Assembly: GCA_964016885.1 (NCBI GenBank) | Contig: OZ024742.1 | Coordinates: 309,876,001 to 309,940,000, forward strand | Source of the DNA: Eledone cirrhosa | Taxonomy: Eukaryota | Direction of reading: 5' to 3' | DNA length: 64,000 nt | Shown here: one piece after another, positions 32,370-48,324 of the stretch | Position numbering within the stretch: position 1 is the first letter of the stretch | Layout: each line of letters begins with the position of its first letter | Made by a program: the position numbers and the translations under genes | Notes under the pieces: model-generated | What the model was told of the DNA's origin: nothing | Databases searched by the model: none | The model's input: only the letters and a program-made list of their open reading frames with translations

Positions 32370-32419
32370 GTGTGTGTATATATATATATATTACACACAC
32401 AGAAATGTATATATATTTC

Positions 32420-32452
<33 letters not shown>

Positions 32453-32962
32453 TACACACACAGAAATGTATATATATTTCTGTGTGTGTATATATATATA
32501 TATATATATTACACACACAGAAATGTATATATACTTCTGTGTGTATATATATATATATTACACACACAGAAATTTATATATATTTCTGTGTGTATATATA
32601 TATATATTACACACACAGAAATTTATATATATTTCTGTGTGTATATATATATATATATATTACACACACAGAAATGTATATATATTTCTGTGTGTATATA
32701 TATATATATTACACACACAGAAATTTATATATATTTCTGTGTGTATATATATATATATATTACACACACAGAAATGTATATATATTTCTGTGTGTATATA
32801 TATATATTTCTGTGTGTGTATATATATATATATATTACACACACAGAAATGTATATATATTTCTGGGTGTATATATATATATTACACACACAGAAATGTA
32901 TATATATTTCTGTGTGTGTATATATATATATATTACACACACAGAAATGTATATATATTTCT
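32370..32962. repeat. Palindromic minisatellite, about 55-60 bp unit, about 10 copies
   Basis: Unit (TA)nTTACACACACAGAAATGTATATATATTTCTGTGTGTG. Confidence 0.9.
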
Positions 32963-33919
32963 TAGAACAAAATTATTAATGTTTTGCTGTTCATAACAAT
33001 TGGAATTGAAAAATTACGTTTGAAATTATTAGTTATTTTACTAATGCTTAGATATGTAAAAATGAAGCAATGTTTCTAATAATTGTTTCTACTTTTGGCA
33101 CAAGGCCAGCAATAATTATAAGCATCTTTATTTATGTTATTCTTATACTGAATCTCCATCGTAACTACAAACTACGAATGTTGAGCGCTTTCTCCTGCTT
33201 GCTCCTGTTTTTACCAAAACAATCTCTTCGGAATATACGTATATATATACATATTTATCGTATATATATACATATTTACATCCTGAGTGAGATCGGGGGT
33301 AACCGCAGTAAATAAGATTCTCAATACATTAGTAGAATGAAAACAACCAAATTTTACGTCTGTGGTTAGATGGAGAACCTGCTTGTTTTCGATTTCTCTT
33401 TGAAGTACCTCACGTTTTTGGGTGAAACTAATCCTAGATAATAACTTATAGAAAAAATAGTTTCTGCTTGTAGGACAATCCGTGATGACGCAGTCAACAC
33501 ACACTAAACTCTTGCGACAAGATAACGGTTAAAAGACATTTTTACTTTATCATTATTTTGAAGTCATGATGTTAAATATTCATGACATCGAACCGAAGCA
33601 GACATCGGTGAGATCAATGCTTGATATGCTCCATCCAATATTTGAAAATACTATATCTAAGTCATGGTCCTCTAGATAACAACATTCCTTAATTAAATAT
33701 GTTTTTGCATTAGACTGACCCTACATAACTGGAGGTGGAAATATTTTACATTCTGTTTTGTTAGCTGTCAGAAAGAATGTGAGTGTCAATGCTAAGAAAA
33801 ATCTCGCAGGACAAGAAAAGCGATTAGATTATACCAATGATAATAACTAATTAAGCATGAGTAGGGGTGAAATCTTGTTGAGGACCATATCAGGTGTGCC
33901 TACAGGTGTGCCTACAGGT

Positions 33920-34190
33920 GGTATCAAGGTTAACAATGATATAAACATCTCGTATCAAGATCAAACAGCAGTTGTACTGTCAGAATGCAATGGACAGTTA
34001 GAATGGCCTTCAGATATCAAAGCTCGGAATGATATAAACAGTTTGGATCAAGATCAAATGGCAGCTATACTGTTAGAATGTAACGGATAGTAAGAATGGT
34101 CTTCGGATGTCAAGGTCAGCAATGATAAAGACATTTTGTGTCAAGATAAAATAACTGAAATGTCAGATTACAGTGGATAGTAAGATGGCA
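33920..34190 (+). repeat. Degenerate tandem repeat of about 93 bp, 3 copies
   Basis: Recurring ATCAAGG..AATGATATAAAC..TCAAGATCAAA..GTCAGAATG..GGATAGTAAG(A)ATGG. Confidence 0.7.
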
Positions 34191-34479
34191 TGTAACATTC
34201 TACATTCTTGTACTGCAACAAGGTGATTGGGGGTACTTATTACACTTATGCTCAGCCATGTCCTAGAAAGTTTTGGAACGATGTTTTGCCATTTGAAACT
34301 GTAGCAATGACCTCAAGAAGTTGAACTATCATCAACTTTTCGATTGGCTGCGTTATATTTAGGTAATCAGCATTCCACAATGCATCCCATCACCCGAATT
34401 AGTTCGGGGAGTGACATTTCATTACAAAAAATGCAACGTAATACATTAGACAACGCTGGAGTCCCTCCTTTTACAACAC

Positions 34480-34990
34480 TGGCAACATTTGAGGTCAGCA
34501 ATACAAGCTAAGTACGTCTAAGCGATAGAATGTTACTACTAAAGTTTTGAATCTATAATAACACCATCAAATCTTTCTTATTTAATGTCTCAGAAAGCCG
34601 GGGAATTATTATAGAAGGCATGAATAAGATCGATGCTTTCTACAAAGAGTGCTTCAGTAAAATGTCCTGCACCTATCCACCCCACCTACCAAATCATCAA
34701 TGAGTAGCTGTACCGCAAATCTGGTAGCAATAGTATGGTTCTTGAAATAAAACGTCGGCGGCTCAGGTGATAAACTACGCAATCAGAATGGATCAGGAAA
34801 GATTACCACAAGTAGTATCAAGCTAGATACTAGCTGTAAAATGAAATCCAAGACGGTCAAACAACATGTAGTGCATAACTGTTGAGGATGAGCCGAGAAA
34901 TATGCGGCATAGGGTAAGGCATAAAATTGCTAAAGAGCAACAAACATGACGTCGATACTTCGAAGTTTTTCTCAAACGAGAAGACGAGAT
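34480..34990 (+). mobile_element. Old LINE (RTE-like) 3' relic
   Basis: Degenerate AIRMDQERLPQVV-like translation, typical of the post-RT region. Confidence 0.35.
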
Positions 34991-34999
34991 TTAATAATT

Positions 35000-35210
35000 G
35001 TTTTTAACCTAGGCAAAAAGCCAAAAATTTTGTGGGAAGGTAACAACGATTAAAACGACTACAGTACTTTACTTGTACATTATTTTATCGACTCCAGAAA
35101 CATGAAAGGCAAAGTTAACCTCAGCGGGATTTGAACTCAGAACATAAAGAATGAGAATAAACACTGCAAAGTATCTATCCGACGCTCTTATAATTTTGTC
35201 GACCCTCCAT
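35000..35210 (-). mobile_element. tRNA-derived SINE with Nin/Deu-like central domain
   Basis: Reverse complement of GAGTTCAAATCCCGC..GGTTAACTTTGCCTTTCAT..GTCGATAAAATAA. Confidence 0.7.
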
Positions 35211-35225
35211 CATTTTCCACATATA

Positions 35226-35425
35226 ATACGTGTGCGTGCGTGTGTATGTGTGTGTGTGTGTGTGTATGTGTGTGTGTGTCTGTATGTGTGTATGTGTGTG
35301 TGTGTGTGTGTAAGAGAGTGTGTGTGTGTGTGTGTATAAGAGTATGCGTGTGTGTGTAAGAGAGAGAGTGTGTGTGTGTGTGTGTAAGAGTGTGCGTGTG
35401 TATATGTAAGAGTGTGTGTGTGTAT
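35226..35425. repeat. (TG)n microsatellite
   Basis: Direct inspection. Confidence 0.9.
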
Positions 35426-35548
35426 AGTGAGTTTATTTTTCTGGTGTTGTCACGATACTAGCAACATTCAGACTCACTCCATACCACATTCTATATCAAA
35501 TTCATTCAAATTAATCTATTATTTCGTGTCTTACTATATCATACTAAC

Positions 35549-36265
35549 ATGTCCGACGCTCTAACGATTCTGCCAATCCACCCCACCGAAGAAAAGACAA
35601 TAACCATATCTACGTTTGGCACAAGGTCAGCAATTTGTAGGGAAGGGGAAAGTGGATTAAATCGACTAAGAGCGTTACTGGTACTGCATTTTATCAACCC
35701 CTTAAAGATGAAAAGCAAAGCTTACCTCAACGGGATTTGAACTCCGAACGCAAAGAGCCGCAACTATATACTGCAAAACACCTTGGCTGACGCTCTACCG
35801 ATTATAGCCAATTCAAGAAGAAACAATTATGGTTTCTGATTTAGGAACAAGGCTAGCAATTTTGGAGGAGAGGAAAGTCAGTTAAATCGACCTAAAGCGT
35901 TTCTGGTACTTTATTTTATCGACCCTTTAAAGATGAAAGGCTAAACTAACCTCGGCGGTATTTGAACTCAGAACGTAAAGGGGCGCAACTATATACCGCA
36001 AAAAACCTTGTCTGACGCTCTACCGATACTGCCAATTCACTGCTCTAAAGAAGAAACAATAATTGTTTCTACTTTTGGCACGAGGCCAGCAATTATCCCA
36101 GTGTATTACTGGTACTTTATTTTATCGACCCCCTAAGGATGAAAGGCAAAGTTAACCTCGGCGGGATTTGAACTCGGACCATAAAGGGCCGTAACTCTTT
36201 GCTGCAAAGTATGGCGTCCGACCCTCTACCGATACTGCCAATCCACCGCCCTAGAAGAAACAATA
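35549..36265 (-). mobile_element. Tandem cluster of about 4 SINE copies (Nin/Deu-like family)
   Basis: Repeated A-box-like TGGCAGTATCGG, B-box GTTCAAATCC and GCCTTTCATCCTT..GGGTCGATAAAATAAAGTACCAG on the minus strand. Confidence 0.8.
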
Positions 36266-36630
36266 ATAACATATACTAACGTTTGACTTATAGAACTTGA
36301 TGTAACTAAACCACTTGGGAATGAAATATTTTACCCCTGGTGACCAAACCTGCTCAGTGAATCTCTTAGTTATTGCATCAACTGGCTATACTCCATAATC
36401 AGCTGATACATGTCGAATTTAGGAGAACATTCAACAATCTACATCATCTTATTCATATCTTTCGTCATCACTTTTCTTTGCTACTTTCGTTTTTTATTGT
36501 TTTACTTCTTTTAATTTTCTCATTCTATTTTCTTTTCTTTTTTCTTTCACTATATTAATTTTTCTTTCCTTCCTTTTTGATTTATTATTTTAAATTTCCC
36601 CTCCGTTCTCTGTTTTCTTCAGATGTCCCT

Positions 36631-36673
<43 letters not shown>

Positions 36674-37176
36674 CAATATTCACTACGAAACACCCAAGGG
36701 ATTCAATGTTTAACGTCGAGCATCGGCAAAAACTACTTGAAATACAAAACAACAAAGCTAAGCAAATCATAAAAACAACTAAACAACAACAAAAACAACA
36801 AAAACTAAAATAAACAAAACAAAAACGAAAAACAACAACAGCAAAAAACAAAACAAAGCAAAGGAAAAAAAACGATGACAAAAGCTAAAATCAAAGCAAC
36901 AATCTGCCTCCATTATCTACCCCCCCCCCCCAGCACACACAGACACCGCAAGGAAATATATAGGGCGTTCTTCACAAAGACCCCACCTCAATTTTCAAAT
37001 GCTACCAGATTCTTGAACAACTAATGGCTCAGATATATTTTAGGTTGACGCAACCTTACAGTATAGATTTATCTAAGGAACACAATTTTATTACATTCAT
37101 TCGTTCATGAAATATGGAGTACAATGTGTGTATACACATACACACAAATACATCCCCCTCTCTCTCTCTCTCTCTC

Positions 37177-37210
<34 letters not shown>

Positions 37211-37662
37211 CCAAAACTCCGGGTGACACTTTACAGAGAAAATCCTAAGGAATACAAACGTTGAGTGCTTTATAAATATATATATGCAGAGGTTATATTT
37301 AATTTGTTGGGATTCAACAAGCTTAAACATTTTTATAACTGATATAAAGCACTCATCAAATAAGTGGAGTAAATATACAATATATAATATATTAACAAAT
37401 GGAAACTATATTTATAATACCATATTTATTTTATTATACATATTTCAAGGGCCACCAAGGCAAATTATGGTGCGCTTTCATCAGATAAAATACAGATTTG
37501 TTTTATAAATAAATATTGACATACCCTGAAAAAAAGACAACAAATCTGTATTGTATTTTATCTGATGAAAGCGCACCATAATCTGCCTTGGTGGCCCTTG
37601 AAATATGTATAATGAAATAAATCTGGTTTTATAAATGTAGTTTTCATTTGTTAATATATTGT
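37211..37662. mobile_element. Fold-back PLE-like non-autonomous insertion in (TA)n
   Basis: Inverted arms at about 37385-37502 and 37539-37660, each carrying a hammerhead motif; flanked by (TA)n. Confidence 0.7.
37554..37619 (+). ncRNA. Type I hammerhead ribozyme (inverted copy at 37427-37492, minus strand)
   Basis: Stem I TATTTTAT/ATGAAATA, core CTGATGA, stem II AAG..CACCA/TGGTG..CTT, GAAA, minimal stem III, cleavage triplet AUA. Confidence 0.7.
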
Positions 37663-38305
<643 letters not shown>

Positions 38306-38659
38306 ACAATGTCAGACTTGAACCCGTCACCACTTCTAGCAATTAGCATCAGTGGCACACCTTACACCTCATCTCCACACCCATTTATATACTCTAAGGG
38401 TAATACTGGCAGCATTTTAGTACCATCTACCCTGGAGATACCCCCATGTACTTCTAATTCTGATATGTTGGCCTTGGATTACTTGGACTACATTGCACAA
38501 ATATATGATTAATGTAAACTGTAGACACTGTATTGGTTGTGATAACATAATCCTGTACATGGAGTGCCACCATGGGATAGATAGATGGTTAAGTAATTAA
38601 TTTATTATTAAAGGGACTATATATTCTATATGATGAGTAAATGAATTATGCACAGGTGA

Positions 38660-39330
38660 TATATGAGTTAGGAGTTTCTGTATTGCTTGATGGCCAGATT
38701 AGTGTCTTTCGATGGGAGAACTGGTCCCCTGACCACCCTGGTGATATTTGAATTTACCAGGGATTCAGTCATACAATGACCCAGAACTTACCGGGAGTCT
38801 TATATAGTAATAAGACCCTGCCGGGTTCTGCGGGTGGACTACACTTACAAAGATCATTGATTTGGAAGTCTGACTCTTCTTATAGATTGTTCAGATGTGG
38901 CACTCCATATTGGATTGTAATCATCATGATATGAACTCCTTTAGTACTTCTTAATAGACTACACTGTAATTTATAGATAAGAAACCTAATTTAATTTATA
39001 TATGAGTTGGGAGTTTATGTATTGCTTGATGGCCAGATTAGTGTCTTTATATGAGAGAATTGATCTCCGGACCACCCTAGTGATATTTAAATTTGCCAAG
39101 GATTCAGACATACAATGACCCAGAGCTTACCGGGAGTCATATATAATAATAAGACCCTGCCGGGTTCTGCGGGTGGACTACACTTACAAAGAACATTGTT
39201 TTGGAGGTCTGACTCTTCTTATTGAATGTTCAGGTGTGACACTCCTTAATAGAAGGTAATCATCCTGATATGTACACCTTTAGTACTTCTTAATAGACTA
39301 CACTGTAACCTATAGATAAGTAACCTAATC
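38660..39330 (+). repeat. Tandem duplication of about 340 bp (2 diverged copies)
   Basis: TATATGAGTT..GATGGCCAGATTAGTGTC..AAGACCCTGCCGGGTTCTGCGGGTGGACTACAC..TTAATAGACTACACTGTAA occurs twice. Confidence 0.85.
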
Positions 39331-40107
39331 TAGAAATTAGTTATAACATCATATGATAGGCACTTATTTGAAACACCATTAATGTAATTTAGGATAATAA
39401 ATTTAACTATGAAAATCAGCTAGCTACCTCCCCTTACGCATTAACTCCCCTTGGTCACACACACACTTCCGGAATATAATGTCATCTCACAAAACTAAAC
39501 AACATGATCTATTAATTAAGAATCGACAAGATATGGTTTATAACTTGGTTCTATGCTGAATCATCGTGGATTGTGTGATAGACCTGTAGTCTATATATTG
39601 CGTTTCATGGATTATGTGAGTGGTGGTGTGTGCGAAGACAGTGATGCTGTTTTGCCTATGTTATAATATGTTTTATAATATGTTTGATATTTTTGATATT
39701 TTGGTGTTTCTCTACATTCGGGATTGTATATCATACAGGTGTATGCGAAAAAATGATTTAACAATACAGTCCACATAATACTATTGATTGCCTGCTTTAA
39801 CTGCCTGATCCTACTAGTAAAAATCTGCCGCACTCTAATCCTGTATAAATAAGACACGCGTGCATGCTACACGTGAGATTGTTTCATACACTGACTACTC
39901 TAAACTTTCCTCTTGCTTTATCTTCATAAACTGCCAATGTTTTATTTTTATTTTTAATTTTATTTTTATCCTTTAACCTTTATATGTAAATTGCCATGCT
40001 ATATCATTATGATGGATGTCATCCCACTGTGGGTCAATATATGCATATGTTTTTATATGTCTCTTGTGTTGAAAAGGAGGTCAAGTATGTTATAGATCAC
40101 TAAATAG

Positions 40108-40156
40108 TTGCTCCGAACAATCCAAACCTCGATTTGGAGGAAACAATTGTAAGCAA
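40108..40156 (+). ncRNA. Degenerate minimal hammerhead motif
   Basis: Stem I TTGCT/AGCAA, stem II TCCAAA/TTTGGA and GAAACAATTGTA are present, but the core is mutated to CCGAACA. Confidence 0.5.
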
Positions 40157-40190
40157 ATAAATGATTTAAACTGAACTTTGATTATTGTAA

Positions 40191-42490
<2,300 letters not shown>

Positions 42491-42839
42491 TATAAATCAA
42501 GAAAGAAGAGTGACACGGTTTGCTATACAATAGGGGCTTTAATCACATTGCTGACAATTGTTTCTCTGAACTGGTAGGTCTAGAGATCGCTACCCGCCTG
42601 TTTCTGCATCAATCGATCACCAATACATAGTTATAACCAGTCAATTCATCAGAGCTAGCGAGAATGAAGGGAATACACAGGCATGGCTTCTATATATAGT
42701 AGTGGCATTTAATCAGAACAATAACAACAATACTAACAATGCTAGCAATAAATTAGTTGAAATAATCACAACATCAATCTAAGTAAGACAGCGTGAACTA
42801 CACAAAAAAACAAATGAATCTACACTCACCAGCATTAAC

Positions 42840-44748
42840 ATGGAGGGCCTGAGGATAGTAAATAAACTCGGAATATCCGATAGAACCGAGCCTCTAACCC
42901 CATGCAACCCCACATTTAACCTTAAGGATCACAAAAATAATTTTGAAACAAAACTTACTATCAGATTAATATGCCCATCTAAGTCGGATATAGGTAAAAT
43001 TAGCAAGAATATTCTAGATAGGGTAATCGCACAAATAAAGGGAAAACTAGAAATCAATTGGGGTAACACTAACGAGGCGATTGAATGGTTCAATAAAATA
43101 AGAAATAGAGAGACATGTAACTTCATACAATTCGATATAAACAATTACTATGCGTTCATATCCCCAGCCACCCTAGATAAAGCGCTTATATTAGCCCAAA
43201 ATAACTCCGATCTTACTCCGATCTTAATAGCAGCTAGAAGGACTATCATAAAATTTGAAAATAGCTACTGGGTAAGAAAAGATAGGATAAACAGCTTCGA
43301 TATCACAATGGGATCAAATGACTCAGCGCAAATCACTGACGCCGTGGGGCTATTTATAGCACACAACCTACATAAAGAATTCAGTAACCTCCAAGGAGGG
43401 ATTTATAGAGATGACACGCTCCTTATAGCTAGGAACTTAAACAACCAGAGCATGGAAAGATTAAGAAAAAACATCCTTCAAAAAACTAGGCCTAAGTATT
43501 ACCTACGAACTGAATCATAAGAAGGTAAACTTTCTAGATGTGACTCTAAACCTAAATACGGGATTAATAGAACCCTTCCACAAAAATAATGAGAATCTGA
43601 CCTACATTAGTTATAATTCAAACCACCCCAGATCCATAATCAGATCCATAGCACGTAGTATATCCCTTAGAGTATCCCGCTTATCCTCAAACCTAGAAAT
43701 GTTTAATGAACATGCTAACTATTATAACGCGGCATTACATAGGGCTGGACACAAAGAAAAGCTGCAGTTTATAACGGATAAAGACAACTCAAACAAACCT
43801 ACTAACACTGACACCAACCGCTCACACAAAAATAGAGGTAACAAGACTAGACATAGAGTTAGGCACGTAGCACCTAGAGTAAGTGGTCCAAACACCAATA
43901 ATGTAAACCCTGGAAACAATAGAAGAATTAGAGAAAGAAAATACCCGTGGTTCAATCCAATCTTCAACTCCTCTGTAAAAACTAGACTGCCTTCTACGTT
44001 CTTTAAACTAATAGATAAACACTTCCCTATATCACACAGATATCATAAAATCCTCAATAGAAAAACTATAAAACTCTCATACTCTACGGCTGCAAATATA
44101 GAATCCCACATACGCAAGATCAACCACAGAAATACCTCTAGAGAAACCGCCCCACCTATGCGCAACATAGCACCAAATTCTAAACATAAACACATCACAG
44201 TATAATAACCGCAAACGCATACAAGCACGCAGCAGCAAAACCTTAACGAGCACGAATCACAACCCACTTATAGCAGTGTACAAAACAGCAGTGTGGAAGC
44301 TGCACGGAATAACACCTCAAATTGCAACTGTCACCTACTAGATAGGTGCCCATTGGCGAACAGATGCCTTGATTCGAGCCTAGTGTACATGTGTACGGTG
44401 AACTCGGGCAACTCCACTTGGCATTACATTGGATCCACCGCGGGTACTTAAAAAAAAATATGGTATGTGCACAGACACTCGATGAAGAACCGTGCACTTA
44501 TAGGTTCTACAACCCTCGCCAAAAAAATCTGGGAACTTAAGGACAATAACATCAACTACAATATTAACTGGTCGAGGTTGTCGGCTGCAAGGGCATATAG
44601 TACCGGTATGTCCTATTGTAGGCTCTGCAATCTTGAATTACTGTATATCCTTAGGAATGAAAAAAGCCTACTCAACAACAAGATAGAAAGATCAATTTTC
44701 TGCAGACACAGGCTCGCCACTAAATTCACAAGATTTAAGCCACCGTGA
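42840..44748 (+). pseudogene. PLE polyprotein: RT + CxCx5Cx5C linker + GIY-YIG endonuclease, frameshifted
   Basis: RT motifs LKDHK, RLICPSKSDIGKISK, FDINNYY, MGSNDSAQ, YRDD, NFLDVTL, SNHP. Linker CNCHLLDRCPLANRC. Endonuclease LVYMC..HYIGST and CRLC..CRHR. The cysteine pattern resembles what I recall for the Naiad clade. Confidence 0.85.
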
Positions 44749-45580
44749 ATCGAACCAACATAACTTAGCATTCAACATATGAAATCCACACTATTACACA
44801 GACCACCACAGGACCATAATATTCATTAAGCAAATTCTAGCCTCCTTAATTCTATACCACAGTAATGTCTGCAAATATCTTATCAACCCATAAATATAGC
44901 TCTTCTCAGCTGCTGTCAACACAACTTCCTCACCCCTGATTCTCAACAGATGAACCTAAATCCAAGTACATTATCAGAATACTACCACAGTAAAATATCA
45001 CCTTCCTCCTGTTGTTATGATTGTAGTCAGCATGTTTTCTCTCTCTCTATATATATTACCTCCTTAACCTCTGTATTAACTTACCTATTATATTGCTACT
45101 CTGTTAATGTTATCTTATACATGTATGTTATTGATGATGTGAAAGCTAAACAACCCCATGATTCGAACTAACAATCCCTTCATCTAATATAGACCACTTA
45201 AATATTGAATCCACTTCACACCACAAAAATTACTATCCTCACTACAATGAAAAATATTTGATCTGTCAGATAATAAATAATTCTTACGGTCACCAAACCT
45301 ACGGTAAAGGAAATGGTACATTGTTTAAAGCCCGGCTTATCTCGACACTATATATAATACACCCCATGACAGCCTTTACATGTCAATTTCATACATCTGC
45401 CTTATATCAGCTCGTTTTACATGCTAAAGTCATAAGTATACTCTATGTCTTACTTAGATTGATTTTGTGATTATTTCAACTAATTTATTGCTAGCATTGT
45501 TAGTATTGTTGTTATTGTTCTGATTGAATGCCACTACTATGTATAGAAGCCATGCCTGTGTATTCCCTTCATTCTCGCTA

Positions 45581-45688
45581 GCTCTGATGAATTGACTGGT
45601 TATAACTATGTATTGGTGATCGATTGACGCAGAAACAGGCGGGTAGCGATCTCTAGACCTACCAGTTCAGAGAAACAATTGTCAGCAA
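45581..45688 (+). ncRNA. pLTR hammerhead with large stem-II insert (inverted copy at about 42550-42655, minus strand)
   Basis: GCT-CTGATGA, stem II TGACTGGT/ACCAGTTCA enclosing about 60 nt, then GAAAC-AATT-GTC-AGC. Stem I is short. Confidence 0.55.
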
Positions 45689-45911
45689 TGTGATTAAAGC
45701 CCTTATTGTATAGCAAACCGTGTAACTCTTCTTTCTTGATTTACCATTACTCCAAGTGTAAACAACATAGAAATCACCGCGTACTTGGAACATCACTATG
45801 GAAACGCCTTGTTGAGTCAAACTTGGCCAAGCGTTGATACCATCCACTCCTCGGAGTACCCTAACTGGACTACACCTAAGTGGACTACCTATAACAATAA
45901 TCTGTTATCCC

Positions 45912-45960
<49 letters not shown>

Positions 45961-46140
45961 AAAGAATAGAGGTGTAACACACGAGTTGTGATATATTAGT
46001 AAAAGGAAAAGAAAATGCTGACAAATTTTTCCCAGTGAAAAATAGTTTAATTAGGAATAAGTATAAATTAGTAATAAGTATTGGTTAGTATTCAGCTCTG
46101 CCGTCGGGGTTAAACATTTTCATATATATATATATATATA

Positions 46141-46353
46141 TAGGAAAATGTTTAACCCCGACGGCAGAGCTCAAGCCGTTTCGACAGCTATTTCTGGACT
46201 AAGTTGAGTCCAGAAATAGTCCAGAAATAGCCGTCGAAACGGCTTGAGCTCTGCCGTCGGGTTAAACATTTTCCTATTACCCACTCTACTACCCTAAGTA
46301 TTGAGTACTCTGATGTGTTATGGTCCATCCGGTTCCTTACCACACTTCCTTCG

Positions 46354-46355
<2 letters not shown>
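46141..46355 (+). mobile_element. Short fold-back copy of PLE family B pLTR end
   Basis: 46141-46200 is inverted relative to 46218-46276, followed by a 79-nt extension; homologous to the ends of 60332-62391; flanked by (TA)n. Confidence 0.75.
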
Positions 46356-46410
<55 letters not shown>

Positions 46411-46459
46411 ATGTATGCATGTATAGTGAACAACTTTTTCTTTCAAACATTCTATATTG

Positions 46460-46610
46460 ACAGAGTAGTTAGAACATCAGATAGAATGCTTTACGTATTC
46501 ACTACGGTTCTCTGTACTCTCTGAGTTTGAATCCTGCCGAGGTCATCTTGGCTTATCATTCTTTTGAGATCGATAAAAAAAATATCATTCCATTAATGGG
46601 GTCGATTCAT
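46460..46610 (+). mobile_element. Degenerate SINE (Nin/Deu-like family)
   Basis: GAGTTTGAATCCTGCCGAGGTC..GATCGATAAAA. Confidence 0.55.
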
Positions 46611-47139
46611 CCTCCATATCTCTTTCTAATTTCCTTTCTCTCAGCCGCTCTCTCTCCCCTGTTCCGACCGAAAGAGCGAATTGACTCCTCCAAATGTAAA
46701 CGATGGCGCCCTTATGACTCTATCAGGATTTACGGGCTCATGCATCTATCCATCCACCCAACCATCCATATTGAAGACATGATTGTGCTTGACTTAAATC
46801 GTTTTTATTAAAGACTTTTCGTGTTTTATGTTTAGTTTGGAATAACAATAAATCCATTAACATTTCATCACGTCGGTCTCATCTTCTGAATAAAGTGGTC
46901 GGTTATTTCCACGTTTTGTAGATAGCAGAATGGGATCATAAAAATAATGGTGTAAGAGATAAACTCGTCATCGTTGGATTTAGAATTGTTTAACAATTAA
47001 CTTCTGGTTATTTCCATAGTTTATTTTTCTGTACGGTATCTGTGAATAAAGAGCAAATTTGAAAGCAAGGTATATACAACATATTCTTTCTTTGGATCTA
47101 GATAAAATATAAATTCTGCTCCACTACCGCCTCAAGTGC

Positions 47140-47410
47140 GGAGGTGCGTCACCTGGTGGTAGGGTGTTGGACTTACGATCATAATGTCGCGTGTTTGATT
47201 CCTGGGTTGCGTGTTGTGTTCTTGAGCAAAACACTTCATTTCACGTTGCTCCAGTATACTCAGTTATAAATGAGTACCAGCAATAGCTGGGGGTTTAACC
47301 CTACGATGGACTGACATCCTGCCCAGGGGGGTAGTCTTGTACTCTCCGTTGCTTCACGTCATGAAATCAAGATAAGCACCGGCCTAACGAAGGCTTAAGA
47401 CAAACTTTAG
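47140..47410 (+). mobile_element. tRNA-derived SINE, family 2
   Basis: tRNA-like head with A and B boxes plus CTTGAGCAAAACACTT..ATAAATGAGTACCAG; homologous to 58464-58770. Confidence 0.7.
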
Positions 47411-48324
47411 ATCTTTAGACCTCCTCAAGTAAACTTTAAAATTGAAGAAAACTGGATATAACAACATTGCCATAATTCCAAATACCCTTTCCAGCCCCAA
47501 ATAGGATCATCATAGAACCATCCTGACAGTTGCTAAATGGCAGCCTATAATGATAGGGTAATACCCATTTTGTCATGCAGTGTCTATCTATCATAATCTA
47601 TAATAAAAACCATCAGCTTAAGCCTGCTTATAGATCAGTGATCTTCAAACGGGAAGTACTTGACTCACAAGGGAGGAATTTAAAATCTAAGCAGAGGAAG
47701 TTTACCCAAGAGAGGAATATGAGAGGAGTGTTAGTCAGGAGAGAATCCAAACTGGGAAAGGATAGTGTACGTTGTGTATATATCAAATAAAATATCAATA
47801 TACACAACTATAAGGACGATCATGAATTAACTGTTCACATACAAAAATTACAAATAAAAAAAAAACAAACAAAAAACACCCCCACAAAAAACAAAACAAA
47901 ACATGCCCTCCTCTCAAAAAACAAAACAAAACAAAAAAAACCATGCTATTTTTGTACAAATCTCCTTTGGAGCTATATAATTATTAGGGTTGGAAAAGCT
48001 TGTTTGTGATAATATGGGGCGCGGGTGAACTAGATGACAATTCAAAATAGACGAGGAATTGAGGAAACCTGGGATGGCTAGGGTAGGAATTTGATAGTCT
48101 TACAACTATAAACAAATTGCTATACGACCCTACGTTAGCACCGTCAGCAGTAACACCCAACAAAAACTGACCAATGAAAAATAGAAAGGACAGAGATCGT
48201 ATTTACGAGCCTTCATTCTTTTTATAGTTTTGGAAGTGTGACAAAGAGAAGCATGAAATTGTAGTTGACAAATATTTTGCTGTGACCATAATGGTAGAAC
48301 AGTATTATGTTATTATGAGTATTA

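Larger units (their letters stand above)
42493..45912 (+). mobile_element. Penelope-like retroelement, 5'-truncated, with inverted pLTR
   Basis: RT and GIY-YIG remnants; 42493-42790 is the reverse complement of 45447-45743; (TA)n on both flanks. Confidence 0.88.

Noticed and set aside
32370-32962. CRISPR-like array
   Set aside because: The apparent spacers are only variable (TA)n, the context is eukaryotic and there are no cas genes
33330-33830. Possible pogo/Tigger transposase relic on the minus strand
   Set aside because: Only a vague resemblance (ANKTECKIFPP); no TIRs or DDE motif
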